From Chlorokybus atmophyticus (taxonomy: Eukaryota; Plantae; Mesostigma and Chlorokybus algae), in assembly GCA_009103225.1 (NCBI GenBank), contig RHPI01001202.1, forward strand, positions 505,901-569,900: a stretch of DNA of 64,000 nt, given 5' to 3'. Below, one piece after another: positions 1 to 13,258 of this stretch (its first letter is position 1; each line of letters starts with the position of its first letter). The notes beneath the pieces were generated by a model, which saw only the letters and a list, made by a program, of their open reading frames with translations, had not been told where the DNA came from and did no database searches. A program made the translations under genes and the position numbers.

Positions 1-641
1 AGGGACAAGAAAGTGCTGCATAGAGATGGTACCGGCCAGCTTCAGACCTGCAAGCATGCAGTAACGCATGATGCTGCATGCTGCGAAGCTGTCAACAGAT
101 TGGCATGCATCCAAGATGGGGCCTGACCTGTCAATGGCATCAACACGGTTGCGAAACTGGCTGGTAGGCCTTTGGTACGCCCCGCTCTTATCGCTTGGAG
201 CCAGCTGCCAACAGTGGCACACATGTTGCGGCTCCCATGCTTATTACAAGTACGTCGCTTGCTGACATGGAGTCAACGGTAGGGACAGAAGATAGTCGCA
301 ACAACTTGCATGCATGCACGCAGACAAATTCACCTAACTGAGCGACAGCATGCAAGCAGACACGCGAAGCATACGTGCGGGTCAAGTCACCGCATTTGAA
401 CTTTGAGACAGCTTTCCCCCTAGCCTACCTGTGACATCATGATCTTCCAAACAGTGGTCCATGCTGCCCTGGCCACCCGCACCAGCAAGCCAGGAGGCAG
501 TCCCCGCTGCCGCTGGGCGCTGCACCGGGTGATCTGCTTCTGCTTGGTCAAGCTGTTCATACGTCTCCGGCCACCCCTGCCTGCCGACGACAACGGCAGC
601 GACACGGGCACTGACGCTGGCGCCCACACCGCCAACGACAT
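1..641 (-). CDS. Glutathionyl-hydroquinone reductase (Xi/omega-like GST, YqjG/ECM4 family) with likely plastid transit peptide; spliced, 3' part beyond the window edge
   Basis: Manual splicing on the minus strand gives MSLAVWAPASV...AAWTTVWKIMMSQ | LAPSDKSGAYQRPTSQFRNRVDAID.. | SEAGRYHLYAALSCP. This matches the family motif GRYHLYxxxxCP(W) preceded by G.Y.R..S.FRN. Donor gtaggc at ~428 and acceptors ttggcag and cttgcag are present. Confidence 0.85.
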
Positions 642-824
642 CCTGCCACCTTGACCACAGCACACAAGTGCTGCTGTAAGAGGTTTGACACTGCTCGCCT
701 GCGTTAAGGTACTGTACTCCGCACCTTAATCAGGTCCATTGCCAGGGCGTTCAGTGCCTTAACCATATCTATCCGGTGCGTTCAGTGGCTTAACGTGCAA
801 ATCTGCTTGTGGGTGAGGTTGACG
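642..824. promoter_or_regulatory. Short (~183 bp) bidirectional promoter between the GHR and Cu-ATPase start codons
   Basis: Divergent ATGs at 641(-) and 825(+). Contains tandem GTAC (709-712, 714-717) and a near-duplicated GCGTTCAGTG(C/G)CTTAAC (~747-763, 778-794). Confidence 0.6.
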
Positions 825-3800
825 ATGGCGGTGGCAGCGGCGGGGCTGGGGTTGGTGGGGTGGGCACGTTCCCCTAGCGTGTCGCCCAAGAGGTTACCAG
901 AAGCGCTGACTAGCAGCAGACGACGCCATGCTGTGCAGCTCAAGGGTCGCCGCTGCAGTGTGGCTTCACGAGCGACAGCTACTGCGCCGCCTGGTGCTCA
1001 GCAACACAGGCACCAGGAGAGGGAGGAGTACGGGGATAAGGAGCATGGGGAGCGTCTGGTTGCTCTGCTGGACGTCGGTGGGATGAAATGCGGCGGTTGT
1101 GCTGTGGCGGTCAAGCGCATCTTGCAGTCGGACTCTGCCGTGGCCTCCGCCTCGGTCAACCTGCTCACCAACACCGCTGCGATTACTTTCAGCGAAAGCA
1201 ATGCCTCCGCCTCAGACGCAGCGGCTCTGTTGACTGCCAGAGGGTTCCCCTCGTCACTGCGGCAGGCGCAGGTAAGCGTAGTATCCTTGCGCGCACTGTG
1301 CAATTGGTTCTATCTGCCCGTCCAGTGGCTCAGTGAGTGGTTTCATGTCAACACAATTAACATGCTGTCACAAGCAAAAAGCTTTTTGATTCAGAAGTCT
1401 ACTATCAAAAGCAACCACAGTCGTAGGTCCACAACATCTACAACCTCGTCCACGCATACACTGACGCATACATGTTGTTGTCAGCATGATGTGCTAAGCA
1501 GCAGCAAGCAGCCTTCTACAAGCGGCAATGCGGTGTCGGAGAGCACTTTGCGCCTGGCCGGGGCCTGGGGACTGGTGGCCGTGTGCTGCTTGGGTCATGT
1601 GGGGCACCATCTGCACCACATGGGGCTGCACTCGCTCGCACATGGTAGGTGCTGCGGAATTGCAACCCACAGTTCCAAGTCAAAGTATACTCAAGTTTAT
1701 ACTTGTATTGGTAATTGCAGTTCAGTGTCTTGTGCGACCACTTCATTGCCAGTTAAGGGAGGCATCAATGTAGGTCATGTTGCCATGAAGTTTCAGGGCG
1801 AGGGNNNNNNNNNNNNNNNNNNNNNNNNNNNNNNNNNNNNNNNNNNNNNNNNNNNNNNNNNNNNNNNNNNNNNNNNNNNNNNNNNNNNNNNNNNNNNNNN
1901 NNNNNNNNNNNNNNNNNNNNNNNNNNNNNNNNNNNNNNNNNNNNNNNNNNNNNNNNNNNNGGGGGGGGAGGGAGGATGGCAGCGGACACCACATCACACT
2001 GATAGCATGCACAGTGCTACATTTGGCTTTACTGCAAGAATGGGGAGCTGGATTGCCTGCATCAGCGCATGGAATGATGCCCTTTCAACAGGTCCTGTGC
2101 TGACTGCATTTGAGCACCCATGGACACAATGTGCAATCGCTGCAGCTGCTCTTCTTGGACCAGGGCGAGGTACGTCCACTTCAAAACACCAGCTCGTGAT
2201 GTTATTCTTGTATTATGACATGCGCAAGTGTAATTGAGTCATAGACCCGTACCCAAGAAGGATATGCTTTTGCAGAGCTATTAGCGGATGGTGTACAGGC
2301 GTTTCGTAGAGGATCACCAAATATGAACTCTTTGGTTGGCGTTGGAGCTGCATCTGTTTTTGGCATCAGCCTGGTAGCGTGTTCAACTCATCCACAAACT
2401 GTTACCAGCGGTTGCGTTATGTATGGCAGCAACATAGCCACTGAGCACTGTGTTATTCTGCAGGTGTCGCTGATTGTGCCCTTTGTTGGCTGGGAGGCCA
2501 TGTACTTTGATGAGCCGGTGAGTTACGTGAAAATGCCTATTATTGTGTGCAGCAAACACGTTTACAGGGTAATTACATGAATTTCACGCAAGTGGTGGCA
2601 TGTAAACTTCTCACACTGTATGCTGTTGGTGTGCAGCCATGCACACTGTGCTATGCACTATGCAGCATGACTCAGCAAGTCAGCAGTCTAGTCATAGTAG
2701 CCGTGCTTATGGGTTGTCAGTTCCTGCATCAGAGTTGGTCGTCTGTGCCTCTTCGCACAACACACATGTTGGCACATGCAAGCATCAGCATGGTTTGTTT
2801 ACTCCCGTGTGCATAAATACAGGTGATGCTTCTTGCGTTTGTTTTGTTGGGAAGGACTCTTGAAGAAAGAGCACGAGCTTCTGCTGCTCGTGACGTCAAA
2901 GCTCTTGCGGTATGTTGGCTGATGCCAATTCAACAGCGTGATGCCCAGCACCATGTAACACTTGAGCAATGCGCAGTCGTTACTGCCAGCAAGTACACAA
3001 CTGGTGCTGGACTCAGAACCTCAAACGGATGCCTTCACGAGTGTGGCGCGTGTGCGGGTGCCTACCTCGCAGGTCTGACTGTCATGAGTGACTCTGCATG
3101 CTGTTATGACGTCTGCTCTACACATATGCTGTTGTTCTGGTGCCAACAGGCGTGTTCAACAGGTGCGCAAAGGTGACCGTGTGCTAATTCTGCCAAGTGA
3201 ACGCATACCCGTGGACGTAAGTGCCTTCGCTGCAGCTGGTTTGTTAACCTAAAAATATATGCCCATGCAGGGTGGCACTTTGGTTGGCAGGCCATTCATT
3301 TGTTAGTTGGGCTTGTTCAGGGCGTTGTACTAAGGGGCTCATCATCAGTGGAGGAGTCCATGCTGACTGGAGAGTCTTTACCCGTTCGCAAGACTGCAGG
3401 CAGCTCGGTTGTTGCGGGCACACTAAATTGGGTACGCAGTTAGTGCGCTGTGGTAACATCTGCATCAACATGTGTCAAGTTGGTGAGTTGCTGCCGGCTG
3501 GCAGGAAGCGCCCCTCCTGGTTGAGGCCACCGCAACAGGTGCTGGGAGTATTGTCATGGGCATCACCAGAATGGTAGGCGCCCAGCACAGTCAACCTCGA
3601 GTGTTGTCCCCGCCATGTTTGGTCATTTCTGATAGCAAGCAACAAATATATGTTGCAACTGCATATGGTTCCCATCAGGTGGAGGAGGCGCAATCACGAG
3701 AGGCTCCAGTACAGCGGCTCGCTGATGCTGTGGCCGGGCCCTTTGTTTACACTGTTCTTGGCCTTGCTGCAGCCACTTTCGCATTCTGGTATAGTAGCAA

Positions 3801-5878
3801 GGTTGACATATACATTTCACGTAACATTGCTTGTGTGCATGTCACTCACTGACATGTGTGGCAGGTACTCAATCGGCACGCAGATGTTCCCCGCAGTTTT
3901 GGACTCGGATTTCGCTGGAGCTGATGGCAATGCAGTAGTTCTTGCCTTCAAGCTGGCCGTTGATGTCCTGGTGGGTTTTACTGTTCGTTGTTTTGTTTTA
4001 TGTTGGTTGCGGCTATGCACTGTGACTGAGCCGAGATGTGTGCAGGTGATAGCATGCCCATGCGCACTTGGTCTTGCAACACCTACGGCAGTGTTGGTGG
4101 CAACATCTATGGGTAAGCTTGCACCACCACCACCGCTGTTACTTACACGCATATATGCCTTCATCACCTCTGAAGTCTTTGAATTCAATAGGTGCAAAGC
4201 GCGGACTGTTGTTTCGGGGCGGGGATGTCTTGGAACGCGTTGCTAATGCGGATACCATTGTCTTTGACAAGGTGCGCCTCGTCTTCACCCAGATTACAAG
4301 CGCTGATGCAGCACCTACCAACTATCATGTTTGTCGTAAGGTCACTAATCACTGGCTACTCTCCGCAGACAGGGACATTGACCGAGGGCAAACCAGCAGT
4401 TGTGTCAGTTGAGTGCGTTGCCGATGTAGATGAACAGCAGTTGCTGCGCATTGCTTCAGGCGTTGAGGCCTCCACAAGGCACCCAGTTGCAAATGCAGTT
4501 GTCTCTGCTGCACGCAGTCGCAATGTGCTACCAGAGAAATTGTCCATCGAGGGTGCGTATACAGAACCGGGCTGTGGTGCTTGCGCTGTAGTTGATGGCA
4601 AGCGAGTAGCGGTTGGCTCTTTGTCTTGGGCCCTTGCACAGGTACGATTTACAGATTGCTGCAATCTGTTTATTGGTATAGGCAACAGAAGAGTAGCATG
4701 GGCACTCAGTTGTCGCCACTTCATCAGCACAAAACTTTTCAGGTTGGAAGTGACACCTCCATACGGGCGGCTGCTGCGCGCCAGTTGCAAGAACGGCTGC
4801 AACGGCATTCAGACGCAGAATCGCATACGATTGCATATGTGTGCATGGAAGGGGAGGGTGTTATGGGTGCAATTAGTGTTGCAGATAACATTCGTTGTGA
4901 TGCTTCAGCGACCGTCCAAAGGTGGGCTGGTGCACAACAGGCTGACTTGTTGTAGCAGCTTCGCCATGGCTGAACCTCCCAATTGTTTTCCAGGTTAAAA
5001 GCCATGGGTTTGCGTGTCATGATGATGAGTGGGGACCGACCACCAGCCGCACACGCCATTGCGCGGACGCTAGGCATAAACAGGGAGGATGTATATGCGC
5101 AGCTTCGGCCAGAAGACAAGGCAGCGCGTATTGCTGACTTGCAAGCAGGCGGCGCTAGAGTCATCATGGTGAGAAGGGAGTGCTTGTTTAGTATGCTCGG
5201 TTCAAATTTACGTAGTATGAAACATGGTGCGACATAGCAACCGTAAGCGTCCCAAGTGAATGTTCTATGTTACCCATGAACAGGTCGGGGACGGGGTGAA
5301 TGATGCCCCTGCACTGGCGGAGGCTAGCGTGGGCATGGCTCTGGGTAATGCAACAGACATGGCCAACGAGGCTGCGCAAGTGGTCTGCCTTTCAGAACGA
5401 CTCGCGCAGGTAAGCTTTTGTACCTTGCACTTGAATAGGTTTGATTCTGGGTTGCACACCCCAAAATTGGACAAAGAGCCTGTGCATTCTCCTGGCTGGC
5501 TGTCGGAGCAGACTATGGAAGCTTTGGAGCTTAGCCGAGCGACGCTGACCAAGATAAGAACAAACCTTTTCTGGGCTTTGGCATACAACTGCATTGGTAT
5601 ACCCCTCGCTGCAGGCGCTGCATTGCCTGCATTTGACCTCGCCTTGACACCCTCCTTTGCTGGTAGGCGAAGTGCTGACTGTTGCACTTGTTGTCTTGTG
5701 CCCATACTGGTCTTATAGCGTGCAATGTACGCTGTGGTGCGCAGGTGCAATGATGGCACTGAGCTCAGTTGCTGTGGTCAGCAACTCCCTCTTGCTGCGA
5801 CTGCAATTTGCTGACCCTTTCAAGTGTCGGGAGCAGTTGCCCGCAGAGTCTTCAGCGATTGAGGTAGCTTCGCGATAG
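825..5878 (+). CDS. PAA1/PAA2: Chloroplast copper-transporting P1B-type ATPase (PAA1/HMA6-PAA2/HMA8 family), multi-exon
   Basis: Transit-peptide-like N-terminus; HMA domain [11 protein letters not shown]; His-rich [12 protein letters not shown]; MNSLVGVGA; SMLTGESLP; [10 protein letters not shown]; FDK|TGTLTEGKP split by an intron; HP motif (STRHPVA); [11 protein letters not shown]; NLFWALAYN; AMMALSS. One intron contains an N gap. Confidence 0.95.
1805..1960. other. Assembly gap (N run) in a PAA intron, flanked by G runs
   Basis: 156 N, preceded by aggg and followed by gggggggg. Confidence 0.99.
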
Positions 5879-7361
5879 GTAGGCAGCAGCATACCAGCTG
5901 CCAATACCACTAGGTTGTACATTAGTTTGTGTACCTCTCTGTGGGCAATGAGGTAGCACTTATTGCCGCTCATAACCGCCCGTACCTTATTTGGGACAAT
6001 GGGCGTTGACATTGTGAGTGGTTAGGTGAAGTGCTTCGGTGGTACAAATTGTTGTAATGTTTATCAATAGACAGAGTGACAGTTGAGGGCGTTTTGCGCG
6101 TGTCTAGATTGGGGATATGCTGAGCCAAGCCAGTATGCAGTAGCTGTATTTTCATGTAGAAACAGCTATTCAAGATCAGCTACTACACTAGCGTATAGCT
6201 CAGTCACTAGAGTATGCAATTTGCGTTTGTGGTGTGGTGTGAAAGAGAGCAACTCGCGCAATGTGACATTATGATGCATTGGTATATATCCAAGGTTGCA
6301 CACACCCTGTGTACTACTTTTGCAATGGATAGAACCAAAGCAAACTCAGTGTTCAATTAACCTTACCTGCACCCAGCAGCAACCACCTCACATTGAACCG
6401 CTATACTACTCATGCTGTGCCCACATTGACCGGGCTATCTTTGTACCAATCATACCCCTCCCTTGCCAACCGAGGCAAGGGTGAATTGGGCAACACCATG
6501 GCTGCTTGTTTACTCACGAAAAAGGGCAGACATGGGGCTCTAGCATACATTGTCCAACATTCGAACGAGCCACTACACATGCTTTGAAGTGCTGCAATTG
6601 CTTGTCTTTGTGTCTAGTTTGCTTGCTGCTTGTAACGCTGCTTGTTGTGCATAAGACACAAGAGCTGCGTATAGCAAATTCCAAAGCATATATAGAACGG
6701 AAAGGCAACCGTGCAAGCATCAAGGACACAAGCAATTAAGCGGGGCCAAGACAGCATTACACCTACTTAACACTGCTAGCATTTAGACAACACTCAAGGC
6801 AGTGGCAGTAGCAGTAGAGGAAGCACGGTGTACCACCTGCGGTGTGTAGGGAGAAGGCAAGGAAGAGGTTAAACCCCAGCAGCTACCAACAGCATGCACG
6901 ACGGACAGGACAACGCCTAGACTTGCCCCCATTCACAATGTTGCCAGCAGCGTAAGTACGGCGCCGCCGCCACACCGGTCTTACCTGCCTGCACAAGACG
7001 TTATCCCACAGTTAGTGAATCGCCTGCAGCCTACCTAGACTCATGCTGTGTCATCTTTCGCAGTCATCATCACACCGTTACTAATACACAGCATACCATC
7101 GCACCAGCAAGCCATGCACAGCAAGTTACCAATCATGATCAGTCATTAAACAAAACGAGCCAACAGCAGCTAGGCGACATGCGTGCGGGCAGTAGAACTG
7201 CTCCCCACACTACACACCTGTACCCAATCTAAAAATTAAGTTACTTCACTAACCTGTTCGTTCATGTCGTGCTAAGCTTGTTGTTAAACAGCTGAAAGAG
7301 GTACTGTACATTCTATTGTAGACCATCACTTGCTGCATATACATCCACTTGCGGAGTTATT

Positions 7362-9795
7362 CTAGGACAGCATGTTAAGCGTACCCTTTCTGTTGCATTG
7401 CATGCAGCAATGCCACCATCTCTGTAACAAAGTGGGAACGATGTGTTGTGACAACCTGAAGAAGTTAATGCACCAGCATACAATCACACCCAGTTTAGCT
7501 GTTTTGGCAAAATATGTTGCTGGGTGCAGGGCCCTCTTCCATGGAATGGTTGAAAACTGAATATTCTTGAGCTTGTAGTACACTCTGGAACACAAGCCAA
7601 TGTTAGGTGTCAAAAATAGCGTCATACCCAAAAAAGGAATGGTAGTTCCAGCAGCAGAGCTGTGTTAATGTCAGTGTCTGCTACGGGTACAGCCCACCTC
7701 CCAACACTGTGTCCACAGTGTACATGACTTCCTCAGAAGCAGGTATGTCCACGATAAAATTGTCATCCACATATCGCAAGACTGAACAACACCACTTACG
7801 CAACAACTCCACGTCACCTTGATCCTTTAAAGCGCGCACAAATCCCAGCTTCTTTGACCAAATAGAAGTTGGCCACTGGCAAATAGACCCCCACACTGTT
7901 CCCCATGGGGATCCTAATGCCCTGCTGGTGTAGGCTATCATGTGCAGTTGTTAAACAGAGGTTACGCAGCAAGTATTGCAACAACTCTGCCAGACATACC
8001 GTTGTAAAGGACTTGATGATATTGCTGTCCCTTTGGCCTGCTATGTGGCGTATCCACTCATGGTGCAAAATGCCCTTCACATACAATACCTTCAACAACG
8101 TTGCCCCTCTAAGTCGAGTTGCTGCACAATCAAAGATATTTCGCACTAAGTCAGACATGCATCCTCGCCTTCTACAGGTTGTTCGCCTCCCCCTGTTTTG
8201 TTGCCGCTACCAGCACTTGCACGTGAACACATACGCAATGCGTATTACGCATTCACATAGCTTGTCGGGTTGTGTAATAGTCGTAGTGTTGGAGAGCTAT
8301 ACCCCCTGGCGTAATTGTGTATATGTAGCTTTGTTTGCCTACTTGGCATGCTTGCTATGTAAGTTGTATATGCATGTCTGTGATACCGTATGCGTGACAA
8401 CAAGTCTGCATGGTGTATGTTTGTGTACAGATTGGTGACGTCATACGACAGCATTTGCACTGGCATCAAACTTAATTCGCAGTTAATGTTGTGGTGTTCC
8501 AATATTGCAGCATGCTCTGAACTCCTTGCGAATCTTGTAGCACCCAGCTCTTCTTTGCACCAGAGAGTGCCATACTACTTACCTACATTTAATGAAAATA
8601 AGCAATAGAAACTTATATGCACGAATCAACCACGCACCAACATGTATGAGAAATGTGGTATAAGCAGCTGCAATAAATCTGGCCTTAGGTGGAGTTTTAT
8701 GCAGCTTAAGCGTCATATAGAGATGTGACAGCCTCTTTGCTGCATGTTGTGTTAGCTTGTATTCTCTGGAGTCACGGAATGCCTTGTGGCGCGCCAAGAC
8801 TTGTAATGCACTCTCAGCCACAACCTCATACGTATGTGTCTAACTCATCATGCAGCAACGTTCAGTAATGCGGTTTACACAACACATCAAAGACCCCATT
8901 GCATGTATACACTAGTTTCATAAAAATAAGTGCATCACGTAACGACCTCACCAAATGTCTATCCGATGTGGTTTAAGTCGGTGTAATTTATTGGGCGCAA
9001 TGAGTCTTAAGACTGATCGACACTGCTGCCGCTTTCGGTGCATCAACCACAGCACCAGCTCATGCTGTCATGATGTCACAGCCCTGCTCAGTTGTCAGCA
9101 AAAATCCCACTGGTAACAGCAACTACACAAAACGGCACATAAGTCGCAGCTGGTGGCCGATACTTAGTACTAGCTACGAGCAAAGCACGCAATGACAGTG
9201 GCCGCACCAGCGAGTAATTACATGTCACAATATGACCCAACTGCGGATGGACACACTGTGCATATGGCATGCTTACACAAAAACATGCAGCACTCAGCAA
9301 TGATGCTGCCTGTCCTCGGGCAAATATACTGGGCTGCACATTTGGATTGCTTATTTGCCCAACGACTTATGCCTTGTGCAATGTGACCCATCCCGTACGT
9401 AGCTTGCCAACCCACTCCTTGCTACCTACCTCTTGCTGCATTTGCACATATAGCATTTGGTTTATGAAAGGCCTTGAGAGCAGTTGTTGTGTTGCCCTCC
9501 CTGCCCTGCTCGCCGTAAATGTGTATGTTTGTATGCTTATTGTCATAGCAATGAACACCCTATGCCATGTACTTAATAAACCTTGCCAACCATGCAAGAC
9601 AACACAGACTTTATTAATTGTGGCCATTGTGAAAATGAAAGCTGTAGTAATCTGTACATCCTCTGTGTTACAATTGACATGCAATGTTGGAACGTCAATG
9701 CTGCCAGCATGCTTAATCGTACATTTGTATTCCGCATCTTTAATGCACACAACAAAAGGAGTACCACGCGCACACACAGTTGTTGGTGTTGGCAC
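7362..9795 (-). mobile_element. Decayed Penelope-like retroelement (Naiad/Chlamys-type): CxC linker plus reverse transcriptase; pseudogenised
   Basis: Co-linear minus-strand fragments: CFC...GHIVTCNYSLVRPLSLRALLVASTKYRPP (9088-9339); LYMTLKLHKTPPKARFIAA; SYDVTNLYTNI; QQGIRIPMGNS...VANFYL; LRYVDDNF; LFLTPNI...VYYK. Broken by frameshifts and stops. No GIY-YIG domain could be recognised upstream. Confidence 0.8.
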
Positions 9796-10724
9796 TCAAG
9801 CAAGCACGCCTGGCCGGCAGGTCATTTAGATTGCTATGCGTGCATGACAAACATGGGGCAAGTAATTTCGCCACTGCTCAACCAATCTCTAAATTACTAC
9901 AGATTGGTTGAGGAGTAGCGAGTAGGTAGCGTGCAGGCGCGTGCCTCAGCCCGGTGGTCAAGTCAGGTGAGTTGTAGGGGTTGTTGATGGTTGGCATGCT
10001 TACGCATATTTGCTGCATGCTTTCCATGTGCACAACCTCCTACACCTCACCTTTTGTACACAACCGTCCTTCATGCCGCTTTCATTAGTCGGAGGGCTCT
10101 GGGCCAAATGACCCTAGCCGGATAGTTCTGCTACTGTTGCCGCCGTCGCTCAGGAATGGCCAACGCATGTGCCCGCTGCAAGGCACATGGCGCGCACTAG
10201 CAAATGCGCGTGAACCTTTTCATTTTCCGCTGCTCTGCCTCTCACACTTTTGCGAAGTCGTGCATTCGCACAGACAGAGCACAAGCTGGAGTCCTCACTT
10301 AGCATGGCATGCGTCTCCATTGCCATCAGCTAGTCACATTACTAAATATATACCATGTACTACATATATATACCGCGTGTCGTATGTTGTGCATAGCCTT
10401 ACTGGCGATTCCAAGAGAGCGAGGATCAAGTTGCTAGCTTGTCAACAAAGCTAGGCCACTCATGCAGATCTGTCGAATGAAAATCAACAGATTTCATGCT
10501 TCCCATTGAAAGGAAGGATGAAATAAGTAATAACTGCGCAAACCAACACAAGGTCAACCAAGTCATTGCCCTTCTGCATCAATAAGGCTACTCAACAATC
10601 ACGGTGTACCAAGGAACTGTGAGCTGCACAGCTTCAGAAGACATACATACCTACTTGGCTCAGCCTAGGTCAACATTGTAACACAACTCGTCTAACCACT
10701 GCCAGCGGCATACCTGAAAGCACG

Positions 10725-13258
10725 CTACCGCTGCAACTCTAGCTTCTTGGCTTCCTGCTCCGCTAGAATGGTCTTGGCCTTCTCCAACACACTAAAGAAT
10801 ATGGAACCCCCTATACCTATCCACATAACCCTCGCGCCCACCCCACTGAAAAATGTGGACGCACCCTCTTCCCTCAAAATTGTCTGTACGCAGTCAACTA
10901 TGCCCTTGTACCTGCCAGTCGTACCTGCACAGAAACTCACAGCTTAAGACAAGGAAGAACATACCCGCAGCGCATAAGATGCTGTTGCATGTGACCAAAC
11001 CGTTTGCACAAGATGCTGTTGCGAGCCATACCTTGCACCATCAATCTGGTTTTGATCACATCTAGAGGGGTGGTTAACACAGCGGTCACCACTCCCGCAC
11101 CCGCACCAATGCCTGCCAACTCAGGGCCGTTCAACTCCCGCCCGAGCTTGGCTCTCTGGTAGACCAGTTTTAGCTGCTCGTAAGCTACAAACTCAATGGC
11201 ATCGAATGGCAGGTCCCTGAGCAGAAAAGAACCGTAGCCTGCATACAGACCCCGTGTGCCCTGCAACAGCATAACACGAATTGCATTACCAATGACTGAA
11301 CAGTACTAACCATGCAGAACACTTGATTTCAGCCAGTCACCTGTGTGCGGTAACTTGCTACTTAAGTCCTTACCTCCTTTGCAACAATCTGCTTGACGGC
11401 TGTGATGGCGGACGTAAACTGACCAGTCTGCAATCGCTGCTTGATAACTTCCGTTGGCACGCGGACCAGCGATGCCGCCGTTCCAGCTGACGTAGCCGCA
11501 GCAAAGTGCGCCCAAAACGACTGCCCTTCTGGCAGCCTCTTCAACAGGGCCTGTAGCAGGCAATTCACGTCACAACCAGATGCATGTGCAAGCAAGCATG
11601 CCAAGCGAGCAAAACAGTGATTTACATGCGTAGATTTGAACAGACATAGCTTGCTGCCATGGTCAACTGCATGCAATCCCGCAAGCAAGCTAACCACTTT
11701 CGTAAATACCTGCAGTGGTTAGCTGCAATGGCATTGCATGCAGCTGACCTAACCACTGCAGACCGGATGGGTGGAGCTGAACACGCACAGCTTGCCACTG
11801 TTAACCGCATATGACCGCAATAAGCTTAGCGATATCATGATTGCCAGCAGTGGTAAGATAGCTGCGTGCAACGGCATTGCATGCAGCCAACTTCACCACT
11901 GCAAACCGCATGCACGGCAGTGAACACACATAGGCATTGCCTGCAGATGACCTCGCAGCAAGCTAACCGCTTTGGTGATTGCCAGCAGTGGTTACATTAG
12001 CTGCATGCAATGCCATTGCATTCAGCCAACTTAACCACTGCTGACCACTGCAGACCGCATTATGCGCTTAACGGGTAGGAGAGCAGTAGATAATTACCGT
12101 TCGTGAAAGGTGTCATTACCTGCTTGACGGGCTCATATACGCCAAAGAAGATGGCTGTGGCTGGCGCAACACCCACAAGATTTCCAGGTAGACCCTGCAG
12201 AGCATAAGCCATGAGGCCCCAGTGCATGTCCACTGCGCGCAAGAGTGCACAAAAGACCTACCGTGTACAGGCCTCGCAAGTTGATGGGCTTGCCAGCAGC
12301 AACCGCTTGCAACCGTGTCTTGATGGTGTCGATCGGATACAAGGCTGTCTCTACAGAAACGCCCGCCGCCGCACCCGCGAGCATGTTGCGCACGATAGCC
12401 GCGCCTTGAGCTACCGCTTTCCCTTGCTCAGATGCGCTTGCGATCATGAACAAATTCTGCCCTGCCAACAGACCTGTTTGCATATCTTTTGACATGAAGG
12501 TCATGATGGTCATGCTACAATGACATCTTTTTCCATGCATGCTACTGGAATCATGCACATACTCGGCTGTTACGACAACCAGCTGCCACAGTGCACTCCT
12601 TACGTTTTCTTGAAAAGGCGGCACGTCACATGCACAATTACTTGCCTGTATACAAGTACTAGTTGTGCTAGTTACGTGCCACAACCAACACAAGCTCGAC
12701 GAGGAACAGTAGACTGACAAAGAAATTGGGGTTTATGACCAGCATTGCACAGTTCACGACAATGCAGCAATCCATGTGCTGTAATCAGCGCATGACGCAA
12801 GCGACTAACAGTCGTGGCTCGCCGTACCCATATACCTCTGCATCCAGCAGAAAACCGCAATGCGCGTGCATGCATGCATGCCAGCTGGCTGTGGTGACAT
12901 ATTGCTGCGGCATTGTACAAACCAATTATGCACCTGAAGGTTGCTGGGATTGTGCATGGTTGTCGCTAAGCCTGACGTCCGTCCCTCCCGTTCCGGCCGT
13001 CATGGAGGCCAGAGGACCTGCTCGTCGCCTACGTCCCTGGCGACGGCGTCGTTGTTGCTGTTCTTGTTGTTGTCGCCGGTGTTGAGCAGCGGCCTGAAGC
13101 CCTGAGCGCAGCCTGCCGTGAACCTCAGTCGCCGCCGTGGCCACATGCTGGAAGGGCGCCGTAAACAGGATCAGCGCCTGGACGGCGTGCGGCGGCAGGC
13201 TCACAGATAGCTGCAGTGAGCGGCGCCCGTCAGCGTCGCCGCCCACCCCGGTAGCCAT
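10725..13258 (-). CDS. SAMC1: S-adenosylmethionine carrier (mitochondrial carrier family, SAMC/SLC25A26-like) with an N-terminal extension, multi-exon
   Basis: Three carrier repeats: GAAAGVSVETALYPIDTIKTRLQ; AASLVRVPTEVIKQRLQ; LTTPLDVIKTRLMVQG. Also GYGSFLLRDLPFDAIEFVAYEQLK and RVMWIGIGGSIFFSVLEK. Start at MATGVGG is inferred. Confidence 0.9.
11680..12060. repeat. Three degenerate ~135-138 bp tandem units in a SAMC intron, each containing an inverted repeat (hairpin)
   Basis: GCAGTGGT..A...TAACCACTGC cores begin at 11712, 11847 and 11985. Unit 1 has perfect 13-bp arms CTGCAGTGGTTAG (11710-11722) and CTAACCACTGCAG (11749-11761). Confidence 0.85.

Noticed and set aside
9003-9030. Hammerhead-ribozyme-like AATGAGTCTTAAGACTGATC within the PLE
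   Set aside because: The core does not match CUGAUGA/GAAA, it is on the strand opposite to the RT, and Naiad/Chlamys are reported to lack canonical hammerheads.
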